Below are positions 1-10,712 of a stretch of 64,000 nucleotides of DNA, in pieces. The stretch covers positions 288,001 through 352,000 of the forward strand of contig CAVSHT010000005.1 of assembly GCA_963727895.1 (NCBI GenBank). Direction: 5' to 3'. A program made the position numbers and the translations under genes. The stretch's first letter is position 1. Every line of letters starts with the position of its first letter. Below the pieces are notes generated by a model, which had not been told where the DNA came from, made no database searches, and saw only the letters and a list, made by a program, of their open reading frames with translations. Source of the stretch: an uncultured Methanosarcinaceae archaeon. Lineage in GTDB: Archaea; Halobacteriota; Methanosarcinia; Methanosarcinales; Methanosarcinaceae.

Positions 1-655
1 CGTATAACACTTTGTCTTTCTTCTCAACCTTGCCAAAAAGTGCCTCAATATGCTGTTATATCCTTCAACAGTATACGTTTCTGCTTTGGATTGAGTATGG
101 ATCTTTTCTGGAAGAAACTCTGCATATGCCTTCCAGTGATCAGTCATCACTTCTCCAATCTCTTTTTTCTTCAATTTTTCCCAGAGTAGTTTTCCAGTTT
201 CCGTTCCTCTGCTACCAAAAGAGCAGTTGATAAACTTTTTCCCAACTCTATCAACAGCAATCCAGATCCAGCAATATTTTTTTTGTTACCGATGTAAGTG
301 TGCATCTCATCCATTTCAACAATAGATATCTCATTTTCACTCTTTAGAGCCTCTAACTCTTGACCAAATTTCTTTATCCATTTTTGGACAGAAACGTGAC
401 TTACCCCTAAAACTCTTCCTATTGAGCGAAAACCCAATCCTTCAAGATAGAGTTGTAAAGCCTGTCTTTTTACAGAAGCGGAAAAAGCAGTTGATTTTAG
501 CTCTACTGTATAGTTATAGCTACAATCAGAGCATTTGTACCATTGACGCCCACCAACTATACCATTCTTTTTGTGACTGGAACTATTACATTTTGGGCAG
601 TTCATGAAGAAATATATGTTATAAGCATACATGTCTATTTTTGTGTACCAATACC
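1..655 (-). mobile_element. IS1-family insertion sequence (InsA zinc-finger/HTH + InsB), cut by window start
   Basis: ORF 171..632 MNCPKC...YKCSDC...GFRSIGRVLGVSHVSV...EMDEMHTYIGNKK; terminal GGTATTGG ends at 655; near-identical to other copies in window. Confidence 0.92.
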
Positions 656-799
656 AAAAATTTTTATCACTAACATTTCTCCCGACTTAGAATAAGTTTC
701 TATGGATGTGTAACCAGAGAATATAAAATCGGCAATAATTATTTACTTTGTACTCCATTATAGCAGAAATAATATATCTGTTCAAAAGAATATTTATCT

Positions 800-1195
800 A
801 TGCAAATTAAAGGAATAGCTCGTGATACTCTTGGTTTTATTCTGGAGGCGAGCAAGTCAATGGCTCCCAATGAATTTGCAGGACTTCTGCAGGAAAAAGA
901 CGGAATTATCACTGAAGTCCTCATATTGCCTGGCACGGAATCCAGTGATACGAATGCGGTTTTCAGGCTTTATATGATGCCAAACATCAAAGCTACAGGT
1001 TCAATCCATAGCCATCCAGGCCCAAACCGTAGTCCTTCAAAAGCTGATCTACGCCTCTTTTCGAATACAGGAAATTATCATATCATAGTTGGCTATCCCT
1101 ATGATGAGCAAAGCTGGACATGCTATGATAGAGAAGGAAAGATAAGGGAGCTCCCAGTACTTGATGTGGAATTTGAAGATTATGAAGAGCTTTGA
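800..1195 (+). CDS. JAMM/MPN+ (Mov34) metalloprotease
   Basis: Motif E...HSHPGPNRSPSKAD (ExnHxHx7Sx2D). Confidence 0.88.
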   Translation: MQIKGIARDTLGFILEASKSMAPNEFAGLLQEKDGIITEVLILPGTESSDTNAVFRLYMMPNIKATGSIHSHPGPNRSPSKADLRLFSNTGNYHIIVGYPYDEQSWTCYDREGKIRELPVLDVEFEDYEEL

Positions 1196-1328
1196 CCAAA
1201 AATCAATCTGTAAAAATTCATCCTAAACCAGAAAGAGTTAAAATCTTACTGGAAAAACTTTATAGAAATCCTTTATTTTTAGATAAAGAATTTCTATATT
1301 TTTTTGTTCATATTACATTATCAGTCAT

Positions 1329-1831
1329 CTAATTTGTTCTCTCTTTTATAGATCTACCTGAGTATTTTCTATAACCCCATTCAATAGAAAAGCAGAAAAA
1401 AATTGTGATTAAAAATAATTCTAGAGTTAGTTTAAAACTAACAAATTCATAATAAAGTAACAATCCAAAGAATATCAAGCTACTTAGAAGTGAAATCCAG
1501 ATTATCCAGCTTTTTGCTCCAGTTTCTTTCAAGAGCCGTAGATGGGAAGTATTAACAGCTATATAAATGATAAGCAGAGAAGTACTTGCGAGTAAACCAA
1601 TTCCATCCAGAGGAAGGAAATTAGCCAGGAGTATGACAAGACCAGATGTAATAAAAAGTCCTTCTGTTCCTCTTTTCCAGATTTTCCTATCAATAAATAA
1701 GGGCAAACGTCCTTCTTTTGCAAGTAAATAACTTATATTTACCCCGCCATAAAGAGAGGCATTTATTGCAGAATAAGTTGAAATTAGGGCAGCAAGAGCC
1801 ATAATTTTGAAACCTATAACTCCTAAAAAAG
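1329..1831 (-). pseudogene. APC-family amino acid permease, C-terminal fragment truncated by IS1
   Basis: Hydrophobic ORF with STYSAINASLYG and LAKEGRLP; 5' part replaced by IS1 end at 1832. Confidence 0.75.
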
Positions 1832-2079
1832 GGCTTTGATAATTAACTATAGTTATTTATTATGAGAACCTATATTTCTTCATGAACTGCTCCAGATGCA
1901 ATAGTTCCAGTCACAAAAAGAACGGTATAGTTGGTGGGCGTCAATGGTACAAATGCTCTGATTGTGGCTATAACTATACAGTAGAGCTAAAATCAACTGC
2001 TTTTTCCGCTTCTGTAAAAAGACAGGCTTTACAACTCTATCTTGAAGGATTGGGCTTTCGCTCAATAGGACGATTTTAG
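1832..2079 (+). mobile_element. IS1-family 5' fragment interrupted by IS110 element
   Basis: GGCTTTGAT terminus at 1832; InsA ORF 1882..2079 breaks at GFRSIGRF. Confidence 0.88.
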
Positions 2080-2892
2080 CATGAAAGTACATGAGGAGAT
2101 TATCCTCACGTGCTCTCTTGATCCTTTTTCCCCATAATCGCAAATATTCCACTAATTATTTTAATCCATTCATCAACCTAAAAAATCTCAGTTTCAATAA
2201 TCTTTCTCTTTTGGATTTCTCCCTTTTGATATCCGGTTTCATCTTCGTCCATCTCATCGTTTGTAATAAGATGCCATAGTATCGTTGCAATTTTCCTTGC
2301 TAAGGCAATAATTGCTTTTGCATTTCCAATCGACTTCTTTTTTCTGTTAAAAAACTCTTTTAACCTGCTATTCTTCTTTCTTGCTGCTGCTTGAGCAATC
2401 TGTGTCAGAATCCACCTTGCTACTTTTGATCCCCTCTTTGTGATTCTGCCGTTATAGTATTTATCTGTAGATTGATACACATTAGGAACTAGACCAAGCC
2501 AAGAAGCAAGCTTATTTCCAGAAGAAAAATCCTTAAAGTTGCCTATTTCAGCAAGTAAAATTGCCGCACCAAGTTCCCCTATACCTGGAACTGACATTAA
2601 AATCTCCATTTCTCGCTTATGATTTCGAGAAGCATAATTGAAAATTTCTGTTTCTAAAGCTTCGAGTTCATCATCAAGACTTTTTATGAGTTTCAGACAG
2701 ATCTGAAGTCTGAATGCAGCACTTTGAGAAATTTCTCGATCAAAAATTTCTCTTATCTGAGCAGCTTTTTTCCGAACATTTGGAGAGAGGCTTGCAATAA
2801 TCTGATCAACACTCTTACCTGAAGAGATTCCTAATAAGATCATTCTGCCATTCTTGCCAAAAACGTCTGTCAGCACATTATTCAGGTGTAGC

Positions 2893-2972
2893 ATTTCAGA
2901 TGCAAGAATTGAATTTCAGATGCAAGAATTGAATTTCAGATGCAAGAATTGAATTTCAGATGCAAGAATTGA
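2893..2972. repeat. 20-bp tandem repeat x4 (ATTTCAGATGCAAGAATTGA) inside IS110 recombinase
   Basis: Read directly; introduces a TGA into the recombinase frame. Confidence 0.95.
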
Positions 2973-3428
2973 GTGAGCTTTATTTTTTAAATCTGTTCTT
3001 TTTTGTACAAGTGTTAACCGAAGTCGAACATATGATCTAAAATCTATATGATCCTTTGGAAAAACTCTTGATGGCTGAATCATATTATTAAGTGCAAGTT
3101 GTGCAATGACTTCTGAGTCAATCTTATCTGTTTTTTATGGGTAAATACCTTCATATCTCGCGCATTTCCAACTATCACAGTTAGATGCTTTATCAATGAA
3201 TCATGAATCGGAACCCAAAAGTCGCTGGTTGATTCACATGCAACAACATCACATTTTTCTGATATTACCCAATTTTTAAGGGCTAAAATTCCTTCATCAT
3301 CTCTGTTGAAACGTTGCTGTTGTTTTTCACCAGATCTGCTGAAAATTGTAGCAATGAAAAAGAGTTTGTGAATGTCTAAACCACAAGCTTTGTTTATGAC
3401 TTAAATCAAATTAGATCGCCAAATTTAT

Positions 3429-3562
3429 TTGGGCAGTGGAATTGCCTAAAAGGCCAATTTAGCATCCGTGATCAAAGTCACACTTGAGCCTTCGATGGCA
3501 ATTCACTGATTAGTTTTAGAACGGTTTTGAATAACCAAAATCAAGACAACCTTACTGCCCAA
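3429..3562 (-). ncRNA. Candidate IS110 bridge/seek RNA (structured non-coding end)
   Basis: Nested inverted repeats TTGGGCAGT/ACTGCCCAA (3429-3437/3554-3562) and GAATTGCC/GGCAATTC (3439-3446/3497-3504) plus a hairpin at about 3523-3542, upstream of the recombinase. Confidence 0.5.
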
Positions 3563-3963
3563 GGTAATGAGGGCTTAATAGTCAAAAAAAAGAACGGAGA
3601 GTACTTTCATTAGTTGTGCTTGTTATTCGAAGAAAAGCATGTGCGTTTTAGGAAAAGGTTGTCCAATTATACTTATTTCAGATTTTTTAATTTTTTCGGC
3701 ATTTTCAGAACTCATATCGAGTTGATTTATTGTCTTATTCTTCGAGTGTTCAATCTCTCCTGTAGTAGCTTGTTTTAAATTCTCCTGATCTATTTTTATT
3801 AATCTCCCCCCATTTGAAATCCGAAAATAAGGATTCTAAAGATATACGAATTATATATTATCGGCTTTGTAGAAATGTTTTTTTAACAGCATTTTTGTCA
3901 TCACGTTAATACTTTCACCTAACTTCCTCAAGCCTTTTTTATATGTTTATCTTATTTTAATTA

Positions 3964-5066
3964 ATGTCTGCCTCCAATTTGAAAATAAACGCTCTGGAAA
4001 GGAGAATTATCTTTCACGCGGATATGGACAGTTTTTTTGCGTCAGTTGAGGCAAGAGAAAAGCCAGAAATTAAAGGGCTACCTGTAATTATAGGTTCTGA
4101 CCCTAAAGGAGGCTCAGGAAGAGGAGTTGTAAGTACCTGCTCATACGAGGCGAGAAAATACGGGATTCATTCTGCAATGCCGATTTCACAGGCTTACAGG
4201 CTCTGTCCTGATGCGGTTTTTTACCTGTAAATATGAAACTCTATTCGGGCGTTTCAGTAAAAATAATGGAGATTTTAAAGGGATTTGCAGACAAGTTCCA
4301 GCAGGTAAGTGTGGATGAAGCTTATCTCGCACCAGGGCCCGAAATTAGAAATTTTGAAGAGGCTGCCCTTTAAGCCCTCAGAATCAAGGACGAAGTACAA
4401 AAACAGGAAGGAATTACCTGTTCGACAGAAGTCGGGCCAAATAAGCTTATTGCAAAAATTGCATCTGGATTTCAGAAGCCTGACGGACTTACCGTTGTCA
4501 GGTCTGGAGATGTAAAAGAATTTCTTTTTCCACTGTCGGTTTCAAAAATTCCTGGAATCGGAGAAAAAACGGCTGAAAATCTTAAATCAATGGGAATTAC
4601 CAGGATAGAATAACTTGCAAACTGTGATGTGCAACTGCTTTCGGAAAAATTCGGAAAAATGGGGTTTCACATGAAGCAGCTTGCAAATGGACTTGATTTT
4701 GGAGAAGTTCTGGAAAATGAAAATATAAAATCTATTAGCAGGCACACAACTTTTTCTGAAGATACAAATGATCCTATAAGAATTATCGGGTCTCTTGAAT
4801 TACTTGTAGAAAGTGTACATGATTCCTTGTTGAAAAACCGATTCCTTTTCAAAACCAAAACCCTAACTGTGCGTTTTGAAGATTTCTCTACCTATACACG
4901 CTCAAAAACGATCCAAATATGGACTTCAGACCTCTTTGTGATCAAAAGAACAGCCATACAGCTTCTTTCAGAATTTATTGGAGGTCGAAAACTAAGGCTT
5001 GTAGGTATAGGCGTCACCAAACTCCGTGAGAGAGACAAAAAGCAAACTCTAATCACAGATTTCTAA
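3964..5066 (+). pseudogene. dinB: DNA polymerase IV (Y-family), disrupted
   Basis: [42 protein letters not shown]; frameshift near 4225 and in-frame TAA at 4371 and 4611. Confidence 0.92.
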
Positions 5067-5088
5067 CACAAGCCTTTTCAAAAAAGGC

Positions 5089-6291
5089 TTGAGCGAAAAC
5101 CCCAATGACAACTCCAATGACTGTGGCGTGATAAACCGGCGCAACGGTTTTGATCAAACAATGAAACGGTTGCAGGTTAATTGTTACAGTCCAATGTTTG
5201 TGGATAAACTGACAGACTATATTTTTATAATGGAAAACCAATTAAGTTTGATGAAAAAGAATGTAAAGATAGCGCTGGCCCTTCTTATAATTTTAGTCCT
5301 AACCGTGGTTATTGTTTATGCTACACTTCCATATTTAAATTATATTTTTGGGGGACTTATTCTTTTTGTTATATTTCGATCTCTTTATCATTTTCTTGTA
5401 AGAAGAGTTAGGCTTCCTAAGCAGTTTGCAGCCGGACTTGTGATAGTAATTTCTATCTTTGTTGTATTAATTCCTTTGTATTTTCTTTTAAGCGTGATCG
5501 TCAGCGAAATCACGCAACTTTTAGTTGATCGGGCCTCAATTACTACGTCTATTCAAGCCGGAGGCCACATTTTAATGGAACTTCTTTTAAGGCTGAATAT
5601 TCCTGCAGATGTATTCCAGACAAAAATAGACGAAAAAGCAATGGAAATTGCCTCACAGGCTGTTAATTACACAAGCCTGTTCATTGTGGGCTCAATCCAG
5701 AGCCTGAGCCAGCAGTCCATTGGTCTATTGATAATGTACTTTTTGCTATACTATCTTTTTACTGAGGAAGATTCGAACTTTATGCGCCAGATTTCTGTTG
5801 CAGTCCCTTTCAATGAAGAAAATACAGCTACTCTTCTTGATGAATTCCGAAGAATTGTTCGGACAACTCTTATCGCCAGCGGGGCAGTTGCTCTTGTCCA
5901 GGGTGGAATCCTGACAATAGTATTCCTTGTTTTTGATATTCAGGGAGCTTTTCTCTGGGGTTCTATTGCGGCAATTCTTTCTTTTTTGCCGGTTGTCGGA
6001 GCACCTCTTGTCTGGGTTCCTGCAATCTTTGTCCAGCTTATTCAGAAAGACTATACTGCAGCAATAGCTATTCTTGCAGCCGGGCTTTTTATAAGTGTTA
6101 TTGACAACTTTCTCAGACCCATTATCCAGAAAAGAGTTGGAGAAATTCATCCTTTTCTATCCCTGCTTGGGGTTGTTATAGGAGTATCTCTTTTTGGGCT
6201 GCTAGGAATTGTTATAGGTCCTCTTTTGCTCTCCTACTTTGTTCTGACCGTCCAGATGTTTTCCAGAGAATACCTTTCTGAAAAGGAGTGA
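5089..6291 (+). CDS. AI-2E family transporter (real start probably 5230 or 5251)
   Basis: Multi-TM; SFLPVVGAPLVWVP, IDNFLRP, HPFLSLLGVVIGVSLFGLLGIVIGP. Confidence 0.88.
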   Translation: MSENPNDNSNDCGVINRRNGFDQTMKRLQVNCYSPMFVDKLTDYIFIMENQLSLMKKNVKIALALLIILVLTVVIVYATLPYLNYIFGGLILFVIFRSLYHFLVRRVRLPKQFAAGLVIVISIFVVLIPLYFLLSVIVSEITQLLVDRASITTSIQAGGHILMELLLRLNIPADVFQTKIDEKAMEIASQAVNYTSLFIVGSIQSLSQQSIGLLIMYFLLYYLFTEEDSNFMRQISVAVPFNEENTATLLDEFRRIVRTTLIASGAVALVQGGILTIVFLVFDIQGAFLWGSIAAILSFLPVVGAPLVWVPAIFVQLIQKDYTAAIAILAAGLFISVIDNFLRPIIQKRVGEIHPFLSLLGVVIGVSLFGLLGIVIGPLLLSYFVLTVQMFSREYLSEKE

Positions 6292-6295
6292 AAAT

Positions 6296-7204
6296 TTGCA
6301 GATCGAAATACTCGGGTGTGAGTCTTTTGGGGCAAGATCCCTTTCCTTCATTGTAAAAACAGATGAACGGACAATCCTAATTGATCCAGGGGTTGCTCTT
6401 ACGCGTTTACGTTCGGGCCTGCTTCCCCATCCAAGAGAAGTTGCTGCTGCTTTCAGGATAAGAGAAAAAATTCTATCTGCATTTGGACAGGCTACTGATG
6501 TTGTTATCAGTCATTATCACGGGGACCATATGCCAATGAAGGCTGAAGATCCTTATCAACTGCCAATGGAAGCTCTTCCCACCCTTGACGGGATAAATTT
6601 CTGGTGTAAAGGATCAGAAAAAATCTCTTCTCTATCTTTAAAGCGGAGGAATGAGCTTTCAAAGTTTCTTGATTTTTCTCTTCCGGCTTCAGAAGGCATG
6701 AAATCTGGTATTATGGAGTTTTCGTCTCCTGTTTCACATGGAGCAAAGGAAAAAGGCTTTGGGACTGTTATGATGACCTGGATCTGCGAAGGAGATGAGG
6801 TCTTTGTCCATGCTTCAGATATCCAGCTTCTGGACATGGAAGCTGTTCTTAAGGTGCTTGCCTGGAAGCCTACAATTGTTTTTGCCTCAGGTCCTCCGAT
6901 TTATCTATCACACCGTATACCTGATGTAGAAAAAGAAGCTTTGAAAAATGCTTTAGTCCTTGCCAGGAATGTGGATACCTTGACTCTGGACCACCATCTT
7001 CTCAGATCTTTTGAAGGATACAGATGGTTAAAAGAGCTGAATGGAACGGTTAACAACCGAGTACTCTGCGCTGCAGAATTTATGGGAAGATCTCCTGATC
7101 TTCTTGAGGCTCAGAGAAAAAATCTTTATGAAAAAACGCCAGTAACACCAGATTGGCATGAAGCTTATGCAAAGGGTAAAGCAGGTTTTGAAGAATTTCT
7201 CTGA
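6296..7204 (+). CDS. MBL-fold metallo-hydrolase (UPF0282-like)
   Basis: ESFGARS, IDPGVAL, SHYHGDH, HASDIQ, DHHLLR. Confidence 0.8.
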   Translation: MQIEILGCESFGARSLSFIVKTDERTILIDPGVALTRLRSGLLPHPREVAAAFRIREKILSAFGQATDVVISHYHGDHMPMKAEDPYQLPMEALPTLDGINFWCKGSEKISSLSLKRRNELSKFLDFSLPASEGMKSGIMEFSSPVSHGAKEKGFGTVMMTWICEGDEVFVHASDIQLLDMEAVLKVLAWKPTIVFASGPPIYLSHRIPDVEKEALKNALVLARNVDTLTLDHHLLRSFEGYRWLKELNGTVNNRVLCAAEFMGRSPDLLEAQRKNLYEKTPVTPDWHEAYAKGKAGFEEFL

Positions 7205-7318
7205 CAAAACGGCTGGAAGAAATTACCAGACCGATACTGTAACATCTCCTGTAACAGGGCTTAACAGGTAACTTTTGAAGTCTCATTTAATGGGGTCAGA
7301 ACTCGCTGGTATAATTGT

Positions 7319-8113
7319 CTATGTTTTATGTATCTGTTCTGAACGCTGTTCGTAATAATCATAAAGTTCTTTTCCCCAGGCAATGGCTCCAGGTTCAAAG
7401 CAAATAATATGCTTCCTGTCAAAAACTGTATTTTTCGGGAAAAGAGCCATTGCCATAAAATTATCTGCTGCCACAATGGCAGGAATTCGTTCACATTCTT
7501 TACATACAAAAAATTTAGCATTTTCTTTTTTAAGGTATTTTTCGGTTTGTTCCCTATAATCTTCAATCCATCTTTTCAGGACGGGTTCCGGGAGAACGAG
7601 CGATATAGGTATTCCTTTTTCGGCGATTTCCAGGTAAAAAGAAGGGAAAAGAGGATGGAAATATGGAATTGCAGCCTCAAGCTTTTTTGCCATCTGAACA
7701 TTTTTTACGTACTCAGGAATCATTTCAAACATATGATCCACTGCAGGTTCGATGATATTGCAGTGTCCAAGCTCGTTAATTCTTAGCAGGAGAAAAGATG
7801 GAATCTCATTTGTTTCTCGGTCTGCCCAGTAATCTGCATTTTCTTCGAGTACAGAAAGAGTATCCAGGAGAGGTTTCATTTTATCAACCACAACTCTACC
7901 AATCTCGCTCAGTTTATAGAAGTTTTTTTCTTGGATTACCATATGCTGCTCTTTGAGTTTTTTTACTTGAGGCTGAACTGAGGTTGCACTGGCGTTAAGG
8001 GCTTTTTTTAATGTCTCGATATCTTTTGGCCCTTCAAGTAGAAGAAGTAAAACATTCTTTCTCTTTTCGGATAGAAGAATTAGAGAGAGTAGAGTATTTT
8101 CCATATCATGCAC
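7319..8113 (-). CDS. Winged-helix transcriptional regulator (DUF1724 type)
   Basis: SEKRKNVLLLLLEGPK N-terminal wHTH; YFHP and AIAWGKELYDYY typical of this methanogen family. Confidence 0.82.
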   Translation of the reverse strand: MHDMENTLLSLILLSEKRKNVLLLLLEGPKDIETLKKALNASATSVQPQVKKLKEQHMVIQEKNFYKLSEIGRVVVDKMKPLLDTLSVLEENADYWADRETNEIPSFLLLRINELGHCNIIEPAVDHMFEMIPEYVKNVQMAKKLEAAIPYFHPLFPSFYLEIAEKGIPISLVLPEPVLKRWIEDYREQTEKYLKKENAKFFVCKECERIPAIVAADNFMAMALFPKNTVFDRKHIICFEPGAIAWGKELYDYYEQRSEQIHKT

Positions 8114-8690
8114 CTTACCAGCTGCCTGCAGATTTGTATTTTAGTGAAATTATGTATATGCAGGCAAGATTTACAGTAAAGAATTCTTTAAACAAAAGCT
8201 GAAGTATATCCATTTATATTGTGAAAACTTGAAAATTAATCGTTGATATATTTATCTCTAAAATTTATAAATACAGGGCATTTTTCATTAAATTATCTGT
8301 TTTAAATGTAATTTTGTTCCTGCATAAATTTCAATTCCTAAACTTAATTTCAAAATGCATAAAATCCCCTGAAAAATACCAATTTGTTCCTTCCTCTCCA
8401 TAAGATAATAAAAACTTAATATCTTTAATAAGTTGCGTTGAAAATTATAACCTGCTTTTATTGAACTAAATGAGATAACCTTTTTTTACATATTTAATTT
8501 TCAGATTATTAAAGCTGGCATAGATAGGTTTTCTTCAACTCCGCAAATATTGCAGGTTTTAGAGTAAGTTTAAACTAAGCAGAACGAAAATAATATTAAA
8601 CAAATCTAGACATAGACAATTTGCAAGCTTAATATTTAAGCTAAATCTCTTCTAAAAAAGGACAAAAATCAAGAAATTTAAAAAAGAACT

Positions 8691-8876
8691 TTAGAAAGAT
8701 GCGTCAACGTAATCAACTGGCCTTTTAAAAACAGCCGCTACTGTGCCATCTTCATCTATATCGTCTGAAAACTTGATAAGTTCCCAGCCTTCAGTTCCCA
8801 GGCTGTTAAGATCTTCTTTTGTCTTCGACCATTCACTAAATCTTATTTCTTTAACATCATATTCCCAGATGGTCAC
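8691..8876 (-). CDS. DUF4177-like small protein
   Basis: WEY...LNSLGTEGWELI...FKRP; GGAG RBS upstream. Confidence 0.78.
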   Translation of the reverse strand: MTIWEYDVKEIRFSEWSKTKEDLNSLGTEGWELIKFSDDIDEDGTVAAVFKRPVDYVDASF

Positions 8877-9341
8877 TCTAATTCATCTCCAGTAAATTTG
8901 GGTACGATTAACTTATATATTAAGTTGGAACATCTGCTATATGTACCTTTTTAAAAAATAGATTTGAGCTGAAATCAAGTTTAATTGATTTTAAAAATGT
9001 TTATAAATTGACCCAAATCAACTTTAGAATTGACCTCAAACTTACATTCAGAATTGACCTTAAATCAACTCTGGAATTAAGCCGATATTCAAGGTCTTAT
9101 ATGTAAGGAATAAATTAAAAAGAATAAGCTGTTGAGAGCTAATTTCTTTAAAAAAGGTCATACTTCGGCTTATTTAGAAATAAACCAAATCCAAACCCGT
9201 TTTCAAATTAGCTCCAAACTCAGCAAGTTTTTAAGCGAACTTAAATTTCAAATTTTTGGGTAAAAACAGAAATTATAGGATTTTTACAAAGCCTAGATCT
9301 CAACAAGTTTTTAACTAACCCAAATTTCAATAAGCTGAAAC

Positions 9342-10451
9342 TTAAATTTCAATAAGTTCATACTCACGACTTCCAAAGCCTATTTCTTCTCCGTATTTGA
9401 GCTGGTGGGTTCCATCGATCATTGGCCATGCCCCTCTGAATTTATCTGCTCCAGCTTCGTGATTGCATTGAAGAGAGGAGTTAATAAGCCCCTTTTGCTT
9501 ATTTACAAGATCATAGCTTGCCTGATCAAGAGCGATAGGGTCTTTTGAAGCTAAAATTCCGATATCCGGAACAATAGGAGCATCACTCCAGGGTACACAG
9601 TCACAATCAGGCGTGATTTTAACCAGGAAATTTATATAACCAACTTTTCCTTCTTTTCCTTTTACTGCCCCATATGCATATTCAGTAAGACATTCAAGGA
9701 AGTTCGGAATATCGTGTTCCCAATCTATAGTTATAGCACCTGCTGGGCAAACTTCCATACACTGCCCACAGCTTATGCAAATATTGGGCTCAATCATTGA
9801 AACTTCTCCGAGAAGTGAAGAAGCTCCTACAGGACAGATTTTAACGCATTTCTGGCAGCCTATGCACTTCTCCTCAATGACATGCGGGCTTGTACTGAAA
9901 TGCTGATCTTTCTTTCCAGCTGCAGGAGCACAGCCCATAGCGAGATTTTTGATAGCTCCTCCAAAACCTGCTACTATGTGCCCTTTGAAATGGGACATCA
10001 CAATCATAGAGTCAGCAGCAGCAATGTCAGACCCGATTTTTACGGACTTGAAGTGCTTCTGCCCAATGTCTACATCCGCAGCGTTCTGGCTCTTTAAACC
10101 GTCCGATATGATTAACGGTGCTCTGACTACAGAATAATCAAAACCGTGTTCTATTGCCGTTGTGAGGTGGTCAACTGCATTATGCCTGCTGCCTGAGTAA
10201 AGAGTATTAGTGTCCGTAACAAACGGTTTTGCTCCTGCTGCCCTAATCTTTTCTACAACCTGCCGCACAAAAACTGGATTTATATATCCGTCATTCCCGT
10301 ACTCTCCAAAATGGATCTTAATTGCAGTCAGATCGCCTTCTCCAAAGAGTTCAGCAAAACCTGCTTTGTCAAAAAGCTTCTGAATCTTGCTGATTGTGTT
10401 TTCCTCTGGATTTCTTGCTCTTAGATTTGCAAAATAAACTTCGCTTGCCAT
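9342..10451 (-). CDS. DUF362 domain / 2x[4Fe-4S] protein
   Basis: KIHFGE, SHFKGH..AGFGGAIKNLAMGC, two CxxCxxCxxxCP motifs, CDC, DPIALD. Confidence 0.88.
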   Translation of the reverse strand: MASEVYFANLRARNPEENTISKIQKLFDKAGFAELFGEGDLTAIKIHFGEYGNDGYINPVFVRQVVEKIRAAGAKPFVTDTNTLYSGSRHNAVDHLTTAIEHGFDYSVVRAPLIISDGLKSQNAADVDIGQKHFKSVKIGSDIAAADSMIVMSHFKGHIVAGFGGAIKNLAMGCAPAAGKKDQHFSTSPHVIEEKCIGCQKCVKICPVGASSLLGEVSMIEPNICISCGQCMEVCPAGAITIDWEHDIPNFLECLTEYAYGAVKGKEGKVGYINFLVKITPDCDCVPWSDAPIVPDIGILASKDPIALDQASYDLVNKQKGLINSSLQCNHEAGADKFRGAWPMIDGTHQLKYGEEIGFGSREYELIEI

Positions 10452-10712
10452 ATAAGTGCCTCCTAAGTCTGGATAGTGTTTTATCCACGAAAACTATGGA
10501 GTTAAAAAAGTGTTATTCATTTTTAGGCATTGCGCTATTTGAAGAGAACGAAAAAAGTCAGGTAGATATTGTTATTTTATTTTTTGAAATGAAACGCATT
10601 TTTATGATATTTACTTATATATTTTCAGGTTCTAAGATTATACCATGAATTTTACTTCCAAAAAGTATAATTTCCCAAAATGTATTAATCTCTACTTTTA
10701 AATGGTAAAAAG

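Larger units (their letters stand above)
2080..3610 (-). mobile_element. IS110-family element with disrupted recombinase (about 2178..3410)
   Basis: Manual translation gives ACGLDIHK, ACESTSDFW, KTDKIDS (DEDD RuvC-like domain) and VPGIG...WLGLVP..YQS...ITKRG (Tnp domain); 10-bp inverted ends ATGAAAGTAC (2081-2090) and GTACTTTCAT (3601-3610); TAG on both outer sides. Confidence 0.88.

Noticed and set aside
800..1195. JAMM gene as part of a CBASS or ubiquitin-like defence operon
   Set aside because: No E1/E2, cyclase or ubiquitin-like neighbour in view; consistent with a stand-alone archaeal JAMM protease
8985..9335. Degenerate ~22-bp intergenic repeats (AATTGACC...AAATCAACT)
   Set aside because: Too degenerate and AT-rich to support a function
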